A stretch of 64,000 bases of DNA from positions 384,001 through 448,000 of the forward strand of contig CAWHCF010000023.1 of NCBI GenBank assembly GCA_963827655.1, written 5' to 3'. Below the pieces are notes generated by a model. The model had not been told where the DNA came from. It was given only the letters and a program-made list of their open reading frames with translations, and made no database searches. Origin of the DNA: an uncultured Acidobacteriota bacterium. GTDB taxonomy: Bacteria > Acidobacteriota > UBA6911. Below, piece after piece: positions 62,873 to 64,000 of this stretch (the stretch's first letter is position 1; every line of letters starts with the position of its first letter). Position numbers and translations under genes: made by a program.

Positions 62873-63946
62873 ATGAAAACAGAAGCCTGGCCCAGGGAGA
62901 GAATTCGGAAGCTCCAGGACCTGCTCCTGGACTGGTACGAGCGGCATCGGCGCGAGCTCCCGTGGCGCAGCCATCCCTCGCCCTATCGCGTCTGGATTTC
63001 CGAGACCATGCTGCAGCAAACCCAGGTCCAAACGGTTCTTCCCTATTATGAACGGTTCCTGCGACGGTTCCCCGATATCAGGACACTGGCCGAAGCGCCG
63101 GAGCAGGACGTGCTGGCCTCCTGGGCGGGTCTCGGATATTACAGCCGGGCCAGAAATCTGCAGCGGGCCGCGCGAGTAATTGTGGGACAGCATGACGGCG
63201 AATTCCCTCGAAAGCTCGAAGACATTCTGAAGTTGCCCGGCGTGGGACGATACACTGCAGGGGCGATTGCTAGCATTGCCTTCAACCGGCCCCAGCCCGT
63301 CGTCGATGGCAACGTGCGGCGCGTCATGAGCCGGCTTCACGGGATCGAGAGCCGGCCGCTCGACAGCTTCTTCTGGGATCAGGCGAAGCGTTGGATCGCG
63401 CCTGGGCGAGCCTCCGATTTCAATCAGGCCCTCATGGAATTGGGCGCGCTGGTTTGCATTCCTTCGCTGCCGCGCTGCCTGATTTGTCCCGTTCAAGCAT
63501 TATGCGAAGCTCGCCGCCGCGGAATTCAAACCCTGATCCCACCCCTGCGCTCAACCCGGGCTCGCGAGGCGATCCGTCTGATGATGCTGGTCCTGGCGCG
63601 GGACGGGAGCGTCCTGCTGGCGCGCCACCGCGATGCCGCCTACATTCCGGGTGAGTGGGGACTGCCTACACGGGCGCTGCGCGCTGACGACATTCCCGAA
63701 CGAGTGGCCAGGCTTCTGGCAAGGACGATTCTGCGCGGCCCGCTTCACCTGGAGGCTTGTCCAGTCGTGCGCCATTCGATCACTTTCCGGCATATCACTA
63801 TTCACGTGTTCCGGGGGGAATTGCCGGCCGGTCCGATGAACGATGGCGAGCAGTTTTGCTGGTCGCCCCGGACCACTCTGGCCCGGAGGCTGACTTCATC
63901 GGCCTTTCGCAAGGTTCTCGACTCCGCCGGTGTCGCCGCGTCCTGA
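62873..63946 (+). CDS. mutY: A/G-specific adenine glycosylase
   Basis: WISETMLQQTQ, GLGYYSRARN, LPGVGRYTA, VDGNV and FeS cysteines; C-terminal NUDIX-like domain. Confidence 0.96.
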   Translation: MKTEAWPRERIRKLQDLLLDWYERHRRELPWRSHPSPYRVWISETMLQQTQVQTVLPYYERFLRRFPDIRTLAEAPEQDVLASWAGLGYYSRARNLQRAARVIVGQHDGEFPRKLEDILKLPGVGRYTAGAIASIAFNRPQPVVDGNVRRVMSRLHGIESRPLDSFFWDQAKRWIAPGRASDFNQALMELGALVCIPSLPRCLICPVQALCEARRRGIQTLIPPLRSTRAREAIRLMMLVLARDGSVLLARHRDAAYIPGEWGLPTRALRADDIPERVARLLARTILRGPLHLEACPVVRHSITFRHITIHVFRGELPAGPMNDGEQFCWSPRTTLARRLTSSAFRKVLDSAGVAAS

Positions 63947-64000
63947 GACGCCAAGACCCAAAGATCGGGAATTCGATGTATACTCCGGACAGAGACTCGC

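Overview
GC-rich (about 60% by eye) bacterial chromosomal window. It is probably from an Acidobacteriota-like genome or MAG, inferred from an Oar-type TonB receptor, a DUF1553/DUF1501 pair and many Tat substrates. Housekeeping genes include uvrA, gmhA, lepA, nth, uvrB, aroA, aroK, fadA/fadN, nrdJ and mutY, interspersed with accessory genes. No rRNA, tRNA, CRISPR or transposase was seen. The most interesting signals are mostly non-coding: (1) a ~400-nt multi-stem RNA-like element at 43729-44125 that fits no family I recognise; (2) a 193-nt rod-shaped 6S-like RNA at 52128-52320 and a second rod in a gene leader at 5437-5580; (3) a selenocysteine peroxiredoxin with an in-frame UGA at 43407-43409; (4) dispersed heptamer and CACGAAG palindromic repeats whose arms bracket accessory genes like captured cassettes, plus an 82-bp module nested in them; (5) a MITE with a TTAG duplication; (6) tandem NrdR boxes. 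Six genes carry indels that look like sequencing error. All folds and family calls were made by eye, not computed.
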